Shown here: positions 18,401 through 26,757 of the stretch, one piece after another
How the letters are laid out: the number at the start of each line of letters is the position of its first letter
How positions within the stretch are numbered: position 1 is the stretch's first letter
DNA from: Stramenopiles sp. TOSAG23-2
Lineage: Eukaryota
DNA: 38,382 nt
Reading direction: 5' to 3'
NCBI GenBank assembly: GCA_900128395.1
Contig: LT649318.1
Coordinates: 1 to 38,382 of the forward strand
Notes under the pieces: model-generated
Seen by the model: the letters and a program-made list of their open reading frames with translations, nothing else
Databases searched by the model: none
What the model was told of the DNA's origin: nothing
Made by a program: the position numbers and the translations under genes

Positions 18401-21400
18401 GAGAGGAGTTCATTTCGACTTCTTGCTCTTTAATCGTAGCTTGGACTAATCTTTTAATCGCTTCTTGCTGTGCCATAGCTGCAATTTCGGCTTTTGACAT
18501 GGTTTGCATTACTGTTAATGGCTCTGGTGCAGCAGTGTATTTCTCGTTCGCTTCTTTTGCCTTTTTTCTCGTGTCTTCAACTTTTTTCTCCAATGCGAAA
18601 GCTTTCTGTTCGATTGCTTCAGCCTCTTCTACTTGACCTGCCTTTTTAAGTTGTTCTACCTTTTCTTTGAGTTTCTCGGCCTCTTTTGCATCTTCCTCAG
18701 CTTCTGCCTCCAATTTTGTTCCTTCTGGAGATGCAGACATGGTCTTAACGGCCTTTGCTTGTTTTCTCAGCAATTCCACCTGTTTCTCTTTAGCTTTTGC
18801 TTCATCTATTTTGCCCTCGCGCTTAAGTTGTTCAACTTCTTGTGCAGTTTCATCGGCTTCAGCTTCTAACTGTTTTGCTTGGGATGAGCTGGAAGCCTTT
18901 GCCTCTTTCATCGCTAGTTTTTCCATTCCTGCTGCTTGTTGTTCCAAACCAACAGCTTCCATTGGTTTTCCACTTGCTCTTGCAACAGCGGCAGCTTCTT
19001 TTAATTTTTTGGCTTCTGCATCATACCTTTGAGCTTGACCAGTACCTTCACGCGAGCGATCGCGTTGGGCCTCTCGTTCCAAAGCCTTTTTAATGTCGAC
19101 GCCAAACACGTCAAATGGAAGTGATGGTTTTGGTGCTTTTGGTTTTAAGCACATTGGTAATTTTCCACTCCAAGCACCAGTTGTAGCGTTACAAGTAAAG
19201 GAACCATTGCCAATCAAATCATAACCATCTTCACAAAACAAAGTTGCGTAGTTACCTTGACCATACTTCTTACCCATTTGTTTGATAGCAAATATCTCAG
19301 GCAAGTTGTTGCATCTTTTAATTTTCGCGTTTGCCTGTGTCTTGGTTTGAACAAAGCGTCTTCCATTTGTAACTAAATGAATTGAATGTTGTCTGCTCAA
19401 AGTAATTTTTCCATCATCAGCAGTTTTTCGTACTACTCCAAATCCTGTCTCGCCATCTGGCAAAACACCGAATCCAATACCGCATGGGACTAAACATTTC
19501 AAAATCTCGGATGAAACTCTTTTTGTTTTGGTACATGGTACACGATTACGACCATATTCAAACATTTCACCGAACCAAATTGCACTATCGGATGGAAAGT
19601 TGAAACCCATAAGCTCCATTACGTATCCACCCATTACAGCACCTCGTTTAATTGTAATTTCATGAATTTCTGGCGCGTCATAGGAGAAATACGCAGCTTG
19701 GAAAAGGTTTTCAGCACTTGATTCTTGATTACCAACAACAACTGTCACAGGTAGATCAAAACCGCCAGGAGCATGTTTTGGCACCGTGCATTCTACTTGT
19801 TGATTTGAAATCCAACGAGTATCTGCACATGGAATGCCACCAATTCTAGCCGAAATATTAACGCCAGAGCCCCCAGTTTGTCCGAAGCCCATCCCAGTAA
19901 TTGTAACTACCTTTCCACCTCGCAGTGGAGCGTGTCTTGGGCGAATCTCATATACTTCAGGACGCCTGTAAGAGAAAAACGTATTAGCCTTTGAACATTG
20001 CGTACCTACACAAATTCTTACATCTAGATTTTTTCCAACACCTTGTCCTACAACACACTCCATGCTCGTTTGGTTGACTAACAAGGGTTGATCATGCCTA
20101 TCCACATTCGCGCATGGTTTTCCGCCAACAGTAGCACGTAAATGATTGCCTTGTTCATGACCGTAGTTCAGACCTTTGATTTTCAGTAAGCATTGCCCTC
20201 TTGTTGGGCACACTGGTGGATCGACACTATGAACTTCTGGATCGTCGTAGTTCCATATTGCACTGTTGCGGTCTGTCTGGTCGCCAACTGTGATTTTTAC
20301 AGATTTAGACATTCCCCATCCACCGGGAGATGCGCATAGAACCAAATCGTCAGATTTCCACATTATTTGCGGACATGGCACTCCATCAATTGTTACAGTT
20401 GGCATGTGATCTGCTTTACCGAAATTTTTACCATGAATGGCAACGTTCGTTCCTCCCACAGTCGTTCCATGATTTGGACTTACATTGTTTATTATAGGTG
20501 GATTATAATCGTAATATATAGGCTTGCAGCAACTATTACACTTTGTACAAGCCTCGCCTTCTGGTGGAAACATTTGGCCAGCTGTCGTCACAACAATTTC
20601 CTTTCTAGACCCAACACCTTCTGGAACTTTACATTCAATTTCTTTATCAGACAGCCATATTGTTCTAGTGCACAAGACACCCCCAACTGTCACAACAGTT
20701 GTCAAATTTTGAACAATATGATCTTTATCTGGTCCAAAATTGTAACCTTTAAGTGTAATCGTATTACCTCCAGACGTTGGCCCAAATTTTGGGTAATAAC
20801 TGTTCACCACTGGTTTGTCATATGTAAATTGCAAATGCTCCTCGATACCTTCCAAAGAAGATTCTTCATGAAGCCTGGTGAGCCTTTCATAATTTCCCAT
20901 ATCGCTTGTACTTTGATTTCCAACAATAACAACAACTGTTAAATTTGCACCAACACCTGGTGGTACTACGCATTTCAACATTCCTGACGTCATCATCTCG
21001 AGTTGAAGACACGATTGTCCTCCAATTGACGCATAGATGCATCGTGGACCAGCCATGGTATAATCAGGTGCCATGTTATTTGCGCATGCAGGCTCAGCTA
21101 TAATTGGTGCCTTCATGCGCGGGGATAATTGCACCACTCGCATTTGAATTGGACCTGCTGTAACATAGTATTGTTTAGAATACATAGATTTCAAACTAAG
21201 CGTTTCCGATGTTGCTTCCCCTTCAAACGTCATCTTGGCAGTGAAGCGTTGGTTTTTTTGCATAGTTTTCATTGTACCAGCAAGGTACAATTTGTCTTTT
21301 GGTAAATGATCTTTTGGAGTGAAAAAAGTAGGGCACTTGATTTCATGTGCATCGCCAACTCCCGTTATACTTGGACATTCTGCACCATATGATTTTGCAG

Positions 21401-24146
21401 TGTTGTCAGCAATAAACATGCCTCTTACTTCTACTTTGTATCGCATTCCAATTTTCAAGCCCTCAATAGCCATTACGGTAGCTTTCTCTTCCCATAATTC
21501 GTTATTTTTAACTGGGTTCCATATTTTGCTACAGCCGGTTGTGAAAAAGCAATCTCTACGTTGTGATTCGTCTTGTTCTGCTCCAAAGAACGATTCACCG
21601 TCGGCGCTAATATCAGCATTTACAGTATCTGTTTCATTATATGCCGATCCTGTTGCATTAAAGTTTGATGGTGAATCATTAGCACCCTGATTATTTGCAG
21701 ATTGTTTTGCATTTTGCATAATATTATCTGCGAAGTCAATAAAAGCATATAAATCTACTAGTTTTGAATTGAATAATTCCATTCCACTACCAGTCTTTTC
21801 AGCCATCTCCACAAACACCGATGGTTTTGGTCCAGATTTCGGTCCAGTAAGTGTGGTGGTAGTACCATCTAGGTTTTGAATTTTCCCCACAAGTGTACGG
21901 TCTGTTTTCCAATCATAGTTTTTGTTATCTGCATCTTCACCATTCTTTGATTTTGCAATTTTTGACATACGTTCTTGATTTTGACCATTTACACCTGTAT
22001 ACCTTTCACCAGTTGCAGCTGCAACGCTCGCACCGATAACATTTTTAAGCTTATTACCTGAAAAAGATCCTCCTTCCATAGTTTTCGATACGTTTGACAA
22101 CGCACTTACAGAAGTCTTTACAATATTGGCAACTGCCATCGCAGCTGCTAATGCTTCTCCTTTAAGATTCTTTTTTAACTTATTAACAGCTTCTTCTGAT
22201 GCTTTTTCAACACTGGAGGCAGCACCGGCGACATCGCCACGTGCAGCAGCTTCGGCAGCAGCAAACAATCCACTTTTAACAGAACTATCGTTTTTCATAG
22301 CACCAGCCATTGCATTTGCTTCCTTCTCTTCCACGGATGGTGCCCAGTTTTTATCGCCAACACCTGTGTTATTCCATGCAGCACCCCAGCTATGTGTGAT
22401 GCCAGCTCGTTCTTGTGCATATCGCAATCTACGATGTGTCCAATCTGCAACTGGTGGTGTCAAATCTGGTGACGCTGCACCAGTTCCAAAATTAATACCA
22501 GCTATTAACACTTCGTATCGCCCGAGTGTTACGCCATTTGCTGGCGTAACCGATGCAATCATTGGAGGATCGTAGTTAAACGTAAACTCTTCCGCCGTTG
22601 TAAATCTACCGTCTAATAAAGTCACAACTACGCGATGATTAGTACCTACTCCTGGTGAAGTTGTACAAACGATTTCAGAATGCGTAACATGTTCCTGAGA
22701 TTTGCATGGTACCCCACCAATGGTAACAACGGGCATTGCATCTTTTGTTCCAAAATTTGAACCTCGTAAAACAACAGTTGTATTTCCTTGTGTCGGTCCA
22801 TGTTTAGCAGAGGTTGATTCAAGTGTTGGTCTTTCATAATCAAAATAGAAATTTTGATTCCATAATGGTTGTTCCATTCCATTTATAGTCACCACAATAC
22901 TATGGTTTGTTCCAAAATTAGGTGGAGTGACACATTGCAGGAGTTCATTTGATATCCAATGCGATTGCACACATTCTTTCTCGCCAACTTTAATTGTTGG
23001 ATTATAATCTTTTGTACCAAAATTCTTACCAGTAATATTTATAATATTACCTCCAACAGTTGGTCCTTTTTTAATCGATATCGTATCGATAACCATTTCA
23101 CGAATCTCGTAGTTAACTACATTCTGTGCATCCGTGTCGTTGTTACCGATGCCGTCGCGAATTACTATTACTCGTTGAGCACCTGCAGGCCTGTGCTGAG
23201 GTACTACGCATTTAACTATACTTTCCGACACCCAGACAGTCTCATCGCAAGGAATTTCGCCTAAATATGCTTTTAGTCCTGCACTGGGTGTAAAACCAAA
23301 CCAAAGACCTGTAATTGTAATAATAGTACCTCCGAACGTTGGTCCGTGTACAGGATCAATCGACATGGTTACTGGATATTTAACTGGTGCTACTATTTTT
23401 TTAGGTGGCAATGCATGTTGTATATCCATTGTCCCTGCGCTACAAATTTCATTTAGATAACTACCGTGCTTTATATTTAATATAGCTGTACGTACAGTTG
23501 TTTCACTAAGGCGCGTAGGAGAATGCAGCCAGTTGCCTTTGCAAGCTGCATCTTCATTTTGATTAAATGGCCCGTCTGCACCACCAACTGAACAGGTCCC
23601 TTCGGTGCTGGAACCATCATCCTCATCAAGATTCTTTGCACCTGCACACCAACCACATGTAGGGTCCGATAAACAACTTTTACAGTCTGTATATTTAGGA
23701 CACGGTCGGCCAGGACAAAAAGAGTACGACCAAAATGTTAATGCGCAAACGTTGTCTGCCTTTGGTCGTTTTGGCCCCCCAGCAACGCACTTCATGTTAG
23801 CGTCACACCAACCGCATTGCCTTTGTCTAGTACACTCACTACATGATTTTAAATTTTCACAAGGATCTTCACCACTGACGACAGCATCAACTTGTGTTTC
23901 TGGAAAACGTTTTTCTGCTTCTAAATCTCTAGCATGTTGTACTTCCGGTTCGCTCAACGGAGTGACTGTTGAATTTGTTTTTATTTCTATAATCGTTTCA
24001 TTTTTTACAGTAGGTTTATGCTCACCATATTCTTCCTCTTCGCCAAAATCATGCATGGCATTTCCAGTTCGGAAGCTTGAAAGGTGTATCACAAAAAGTA
24101 ATAAAACAGCTATACTGCATATTTTTCTATATGATTCTGAAAACAT
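12423..24146 (-). CDS. Giant secreted mosaic protein (~3907 aa): signal peptide, 2 PSI (plexin) repeats, ~15 IPT/TIG domains, sushi/CCP, long coiled coil, PAN/apple, reelin-like, two F5/8 (discoidin)-like domains
   Basis: Uninterrupted 11.7-kb ORF; first ATG at 24146 (track start 24164 is TTG). PSI CxxxxSCSEC...CGWC x2. Repeated IPT motif P.V....P.HGPT.GG..I.I.G.NFG...IGG.PC....W.S...I.C..P.G.G. Sushi ATLFCEDGYDLIGNGSFTCNATTGAWSGKLPMC. PAN ECKKSCANLASCAAFT...CTYYS. Reelin-like EDFEG...SRDGGSTW...WRKVTIDL...FAIDEFKI. Confidence 0.9.
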   Translation of the reverse strand: MFSESYRKICSIAVLLLFVIHLSSFRTGNAMHDFGEEEEYGEHKPTVKNETIIEIKTNSTVTPLSEPEVQHARDLEAEKRFPETQVDAVVSGEDPCENLKSCSECTRQRQCGWCDANMKCVAGGPKRPKADNVCALTFWSYSFCPGRPCPKYTDCKSCLSDPTCGWCAGAKNLDEDDGSSTEGTCSVGGADGPFNQNEDAACKGNWLHSPTRLSETTVRTAILNIKHGSYLNEICSAGTMDIQHALPPKKIVAPVKYPVTMSIDPVHGPTFGGTIITITGLWFGFTPSAGLKAYLGEIPCDETVWVSESIVKCVVPQHRPAGAQRVIVIRDGIGNNDTDAQNVVNYEIREMVIDTISIKKGPTVGGNIINITGKNFGTKDYNPTIKVGEKECVQSHWISNELLQCVTPPNFGTNHSIVVTINGMEQPLWNQNFYFDYERPTLESTSAKHGPTQGNTTVVLRGSNFGTKDAMPVVTIGGVPCKSQEHVTHSEIVCTTSPGVGTNHRVVVTLLDGRFTTAEEFTFNYDPPMIASVTPANGVTLGRYEVLIAGINFGTGAASPDLTPPVADWTHRRLRYAQERAGITHSWGAAWNNTGVGDKNWAPSVEEKEANAMAGAMKNDSSVKSGLFAAAEAAARGDVAGAASSVEKASEEAVNKLKKNLKGEALAAAMAVANIVKTSVSALSNVSKTMEGGSFSGNKLKNVIGASVAAATGERYTGVNGQNQERMSKIAKSKNGEDADNKNYDWKTDRTLVGKIQNLDGTTTTLTGPKSGPKPSVFVEMAEKTGSGMELFNSKLVDLYAFIDFADNIMQNAKQSANNQGANDSPSNFNATGSAYNETDTVNADISADGESFFGAEQDESQRRDCFFTTGCSKIWNPVKNNELWEEKATVMAIEGLKIGMRYKVEVRGMFIADNTAKSYGAECPSITGVGDAHEIKCPTFFTPKDHLPKDKLYLAGTMKTMQKNQRFTAKMTFEGEATSETLSLKSMYSKQYYVTAGPIQMRVVQLSPRMKAPIIAEPACANNMAPDYTMAGPRCIYASIGGQSCLQLEMMTSGMLKCVVPPGVGANLTVVVIVGNQSTSDMGNYERLTRLHEESSLEGIEEHLQFTYDKPVVNSYYPKFGPTSGGNTITLKGYNFGPDKDHIVQNLTTVVTVGGVLCTRTIWLSDKEIECKVPEGVGSRKEIVVTTAGQMFPPEGEACTKCNSCCKPIYYDYNPPIINNVSPNHGTTVGGTNVAIHGKNFGKADHMPTVTIDGVPCPQIMWKSDDLVLCASPGGWGMSKSVKITVGDQTDRNSAIWNYDDPEVHSVDPPVCPTRGQCLLKIKGLNYGHEQGNHLRATVGGKPCANVDRHDQPLLVNQTSMECVVGQGVGKNLDVRICVGTQCSKANTFFSYRRPEVYEIRPRHAPLRGGKVVTITGMGFGQTGGSGVNISARIGGIPCADTRWISNQQVECTVPKHAPGGFDLPVTVVVGNQESSAENLFQAAYFSYDAPEIHEITIKRGAVMGGYVMELMGFNFPSDSAIWFGEMFEYGRNRVPCTKTKRVSSEILKCLVPCGIGFGVLPDGETGFGVVRKTADDGKITLSRQHSIHLVTNGRRFVQTKTQANAKIKRCNNLPEIFAIKQMGKKYGQGNYATLFCEDGYDLIGNGSFTCNATTGAWSGKLPMCLKPKAPKPSLPFDVFGVDIKKALEREAQRDRSREGTGQAQRYDAEAKKLKEAAAVARASGKPMEAVGLEQQAAGMEKLAMKEAKASSSSQAKQLEAEADETAQEVEQLKREGKIDEAKAKEKQVELLRKQAKAVKTMSASPEGTKLEAEAEEDAKEAEKLKEKVEQLKKAGQVEEAEAIEQKAFALEKKVEDTRKKAKEANEKYTAAPEPLTVMQTMSKAEIAAMAQQEAIKRLVQATIKEQEVEMNSSQAIKHWDRQSEMIIAKKEQAEDDIEAAKKARKKALEDEERSAEEQTKAAKGAAARAAFEAMNKGSLSNENDEDLIANALNPALGKQKQSQIKLLRTKGKELIQAARMKKLQKAFQVALKKAKKNPALKKEVEQLKKAGKFQEATAKEQEAEYQLKKAKTAKAAVLNDLNAEVKKTEKIAEKANAQQEEEARNTAKANEKQAAVKQDTKRLIEQAKEADVSSREDDQQGKLEEAVTKAEKLQAALPMLEQLSAEQKTIREELGTRMKKTIALLHEELNRANSSPSNVNKLSEEVEKMQETYEKELQKETVAQIKKNQAKRAEENVRDTRIEVNNKMAELNKERNEIYKLRRRLLWSRIASKVLSPSSDMRFSDVRNTPRRAATMDDGVAVLKAFDVVTGELLTEYFDDNSPQGRNLDKDMFYRLKGGMVIDYRFNYDAPETTRAYAGSSSRANVGAKGGTAIIVEGRNFGCRDYSIEEKRDGRDNFTWWESIEDVQKLTAWVFETDSSHTGKGWNKCIKTNYLSDSRLECIAPPGTGVARKMKVTLGGQGSKPKVLLNYNRPVVSKVVNPARSNIDTSNSTGRCRACGAPSGEYWITIEGWNFGPTRSTWGLIKADEAKHGVYDKPKMQNEHFSQTPVIKIGDAYCLQTRWVSDTEARCLVPPGLGKNHIVSLGPVNGLYSDSKADNVRWEYERPVVSTILPRNGPTYGNQSTKIYGENFGKCFTYISYTTTKGVKGPSARFCPTVYPSIDCEPCKSFTRVNSRLIECVADTGTGTNKFVNVKLGDYDVARRNSLYDYNGPMVTKVRPLHGPTTGGNTLDITGVNFGLNIEAIMTRGCNKGSRPIMKVGQIACADLKIISNTKATCTLSTNPGIGKNLPIGMTVGGLSARLNYNPDAVYTFDAPEISKITMLKTSAPNDKHLNAFNPHGRTWANTCPQKNGGCSNPDNWWQQYDYSFKIYGKNFGTRIYSNQFFHPTGYYSNYRGRHMCGFGNFQGSATYISDTEILCRIPQNQHERLARGSNGLQPQRVYVTVAGQSSYRLGMESSKSKFYELDFFEYKNANLQGNPIKAKETKTLKECKKSCANLASCAAFTVKSGSCTYYSANSATSCGKSKESGVVTYIKESVSDTGNCVDTRSLVMGPYITSTSPYQRTEGKFAGSIRISGKNFGLNADSTRAKSIKAYYNNEECLETEYVSDTEVKCKPRSYPGSAGGVALGEDFEGAWDTNKWKSTNGEAILGGSCAYGSPFGKAMVFKKDGEIISNPVNVLRGGKVSFSIKLCGFGWVPTYESKGVTLSASRDGGSTWFVVAGFNTFHRYRHWRKVTIDLYNDNTNGAHPAASGSTMFKLSGPKEFAIDEFKIESKSVKWPVRVSVNVNSPTPEKNITMSTLDMGLNLATGWSVPPQFRTISRACTTGQYCQMPSKTDSRGFPGFSWTKNRYEDLYLSGSLQSCKSEGTSETECMKLLKHDGKKSTYKDTNFKPSSEVATVNLKFSFPVLVYQLRLVHAEESKAECRPKTFLIKYPGGERTVNVEDIDKKTNVGNGYFKDYDIVPFAADDISIFTTATQKNCKKATLSIGQLSLRGNLLSNVNRRSSWGKYAWASCNNGLIGKYNLGRYYQGFWSKSEYKFNCEKLHNGIYDKSRMTVDGQAWATPYPNKEKDNWNSRPRGRVPHPEVTINFNRVQDIWAINIAQKHRYHAKSVTVKYFDEKQKQRGKAEKYNLEDKDFDMQKFQLSQARKKVKSVAIYIDDVYENPIRKKFPYLYDTFKKFDKKAWIFPDKKAITYDYGLENQAGHAKGIYFSGDAENQLAIYSAQAWPATGTTITGAVVGAPGKCNDHFIMISTKPQRKWSFGHSPDVLKFAYNCDELAIYQMEEPSRGKRRPRVIPCRATGKKHRFQIKLEQDGVGFVSDACANAENSAIPNNSGYAKVYDSYNPFATKPGQPAQDIYVYFGASQDRKQETKKPYFEMMKIVSAGYGLGEVELIGEDAVSAL

Positions 24147-24791
24147 GATGGAAGAATTGTTCAATAATTTGTATCTATGTAAACTATTAACAAATCTTAT
24201 ATAATGTAACTATATATGTATAATGTATTAATAGCACAATTATCAAGATTTCAATTCTCTTACTGTAAGATCTCTATCTATATTCAATGTTTTTATAATT
24301 AGTGTATTTGGACATACCATATATACATATATACATATAGTATATATATCTGGTATGCATTTATTATTATTACTATATATTTATCAATATTCTTTTTTAA
24401 TCCTATTGCTATGCTGGAAATAATAACTAATGCTGTGATCATGTAATCTCCCCCCCTTTTTTCCTAGAAATTGACTCACCGTCACCTCCGCCTCGTAAAA
24501 AACAAAAGTATCTTCTTCTTTTATTACACTAACATGCATAAAAATGTCTATAGATAGGGAATGTACCATTTTAAAATTAAGGATGGTTTTTGATGTAGTA
24601 GCTATATACTTGCAGTAGTATTTGCATTGAAAAATCTGTTTGTCATATTTCCTTAACATGAATTCCTAGATAAAACGAGGTACATTGAGTCGATATTGTG
24701 TGTGTTTATTCATAAATGCTGTGTCAATGATAGCTGTATTATAATGTGAAAATTATAGAAAAGAAGGTGAACGAGCAAATATTTTTATAGA

Positions 24792-24830
24792 GCAAGCCAG
24801 GCAAGCCCGCAAGCTGGCAAGCCTGGCAAG
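24792..24830. repeat. Five tandem GCAAG(C) units (8-9 bp period) in a divergent promoter region
   Basis: gcaagccag-gcaagccc-gcaagctg-gcaagcctg-gcaag. Related patches lie at 24985-25001 and 25106-25138. Confidence 0.75.
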
Positions 24831-25105
24831 ATGAAGGGAAAAAAAAGCTGTTTGCGAATCTATAGTAATACCATTGTAATGGAGGTTATGATAATGCTGT
24901 GATGTGCAAATAAGAGAGGCCATCAAAAAAGTAAAGAGGCCCACAATCACACTACTGGATAAGTATCACACTAGAATTAAGAATAGCTAGCCAGGCTAGC
25001 AATATAGCAGAATGCTGTGGGAAGAACTGTATACCAAAAATATAATAATGTGGACAAACTTTTTCACTTGATGGTGCTACACAGTATGTCCATTGTAGAA
25101 GAATA

Positions 25106-25138
25106 GCAAGCCTGGCCTGGCTGGCAAGCCAGGCAAGG
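25106..25138. promoter_or_regulatory. GC-rich AAGCCWGG patch upstream of YIPF1/2 (putative regulatory element)
   Basis: gcaagcctggcctggctggcaagccaggcaagg. Confidence 0.45.
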
Positions 25139-25566
25139 AGAGTTTCTTTTTCTTCCAACTTTAAGAAAAGCTTTACAGCAAACAGCAATATATCCATGCT
25201 ATGTCTAGGGAAGGGCTAAGGGCTATGGTAGCTACGGCAACACTATGAGAGACGTTTGTAATCTTCATTCCCTCTGGCCCTATCAATTTAAACTTATAGT
25301 GAACTTTTTAGTAGTCTAATATCTTTACAATTATCATCCCAATAATAATAATAATAAATGAAAATAAACAAACCACAAAAAAATAATAATAATAAAAAAT
25401 ATATTCAAAAAAATAGAGAGATTTAATATATTGAATAATGCAATGCCATAAATAGAATAAATGCAAAAGAAAGAAGACAAAACATAGAAGAATACAAAAT
25501 AAGTTACACAAAATAAATTATTAACAATACTAATATTATATAATTATATATTAACAAAACAACATA

Positions 25567-26370
25567 ATGATGGATCATGAAGAAGGTGAAAATCCATTTG
25601 CCGAAGTGGAATTAGAAGGTGGTACTATGGGTGATAACGGTGACTTTGCTGAAGATGATTCATTACTTGAAAATAATAATAATAAAGCTAATGAAACGGG
25701 GGTACAGAAACCAGCTGGTATGTGCAGTTGCTTTTCAATTGCATTTTATCAACCATACTTTAACGTAGATACTGATGATGTGAAGCAGCGTTTGGTGCGT
25801 TCCCTGAAAGGGTTCAAAGATCATGATTTCGTTGAATTTATATCACAAAAACCAGATTTGTATGGACCTTTTTGGATTTATACAACGTTGATTTTTGTTA
25901 TTGGTGCTACTGCAAATTTTGCTAGTTATTTATCTTTTGTTCCAACAAAAAAGAACCCGACCTGGAGTTATGATTTTACATTATTAACTGGTGCGGCGGC
26001 ATTGATCTATGGTTTTGCTATTGGTGTATCTGCTGGACTTTGGTTAATATGTCGTTATTTTCGTGTACCGTTTAATCTTTTACAATCTGCGTGTGTATAT
26101 GGTTATGCACATACCGTTTATATATTTGCTGCTATCATTTGTATTATACCAAGTAATGCAATTGGTTGGATCGGTATTATGTTTGCCTTTGGTGTTGCGG
26201 GCGCTTATTTAGGATTTAATTTATTAGCACATTTGAAGAAACATTTTGATAATGTTCAACAAACAAATGGTGTTGTAGGTATAGTATTACTTTCACATGC
26301 TGTTTTTGCCGTTTTATTAAAATTATATTTTTTCAAACATATTTTAATCAAAGAGGAAGAGACATTTTAG
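25567..26370 (+). CDS. YIPF1: Yip1-domain family Golgi membrane protein (YIPF1/YIPF2-like)
   Basis: FYQPYFNVDTDDVKQRL, PDLYGPFWIYTTLIF and CVYGY motifs, five hydrophobic helices, acidic N-terminus. Confidence 0.9.
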   Translation: MMDHEEGENPFAEVELEGGTMGDNGDFAEDDSLLENNNNKANETGVQKPAGMCSCFSIAFYQPYFNVDTDDVKQRLVRSLKGFKDHDFVEFISQKPDLYGPFWIYTTLIFVIGATANFASYLSFVPTKKNPTWSYDFTLLTGAAALIYGFAIGVSAGLWLICRYFRVPFNLLQSACVYGYAHTVYIFAAIICIIPSNAIGWIGIMFAFGVAGAYLGFNLLAHLKKHFDNVQQTNGVVGIVLLSHAVFAVLLKLYFFKHILIKEEETF

Positions 26371-26497
26371 AAACTTTAATACACTAGAGAGGATAGAAAG
26401 GATGAATGAAGAACGAGAGAGAGAAGAGAAAAAAAGATACATACATATATATATATATATATGTGTGTATAAAATATTGAAATATTAAATATATATA

Positions 26498-26655
26498 ATA
26501 CGACACACACCAGATATGAGCATACGAGAACGCGTACGTAACACTAAAAATACGCTTCGTATGCATAACGAATATGATATGCATACGTACGTTTTCATAT
26601 GATATCATACTATATGCATGTTGTATATGATATGATACACACAAAAAATACGAAG
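26498..26655. other. TACG/CGTA-rich patch between convergent gene 3' ends
   Basis: atacgac, catacgagaacgcgtacgtaac, atacgcttcgtatg, catacgtacg, aatacgaag. Confidence 0.6.
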
Positions 26656-26757
26656 AAGACACTCTCTGGTGCAATGTTCAAGCGGTGTAAACTAGTAAAC
26701 ATCTCGATGCTGTCACGGAAAAGTATGATATCATATATATATATCATTTCTTATCAT

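Noticed and set aside
21045-22478. Intein or transposon as the explanation for the IPT insertion
   Set aside because: No Cys/Ser start with His-Asn end, no LAGLIDADG or transposase motifs, and no terminal repeats seen.
6763-24204. Numerous 60-207 aa ORFs overlapping the two giant genes (e.g. 14230-14853, 20367-20942, 23605-24204)
   Set aside because: They are antisense or out-of-frame shadows of strong coding regions, mostly with non-ATG starts and no recognisable motifs.
24384-25511. Small ORFs in the divergent spacer (24384-24659, 24753-24950, 24952-25197, 25308-25511)
   Set aside because: Short, low-complexity or running through the GC motif patches, with no protein-like signal. A weak CGQTFSLDGAT peptide near 25050-25080 was too short to call a gene relic.
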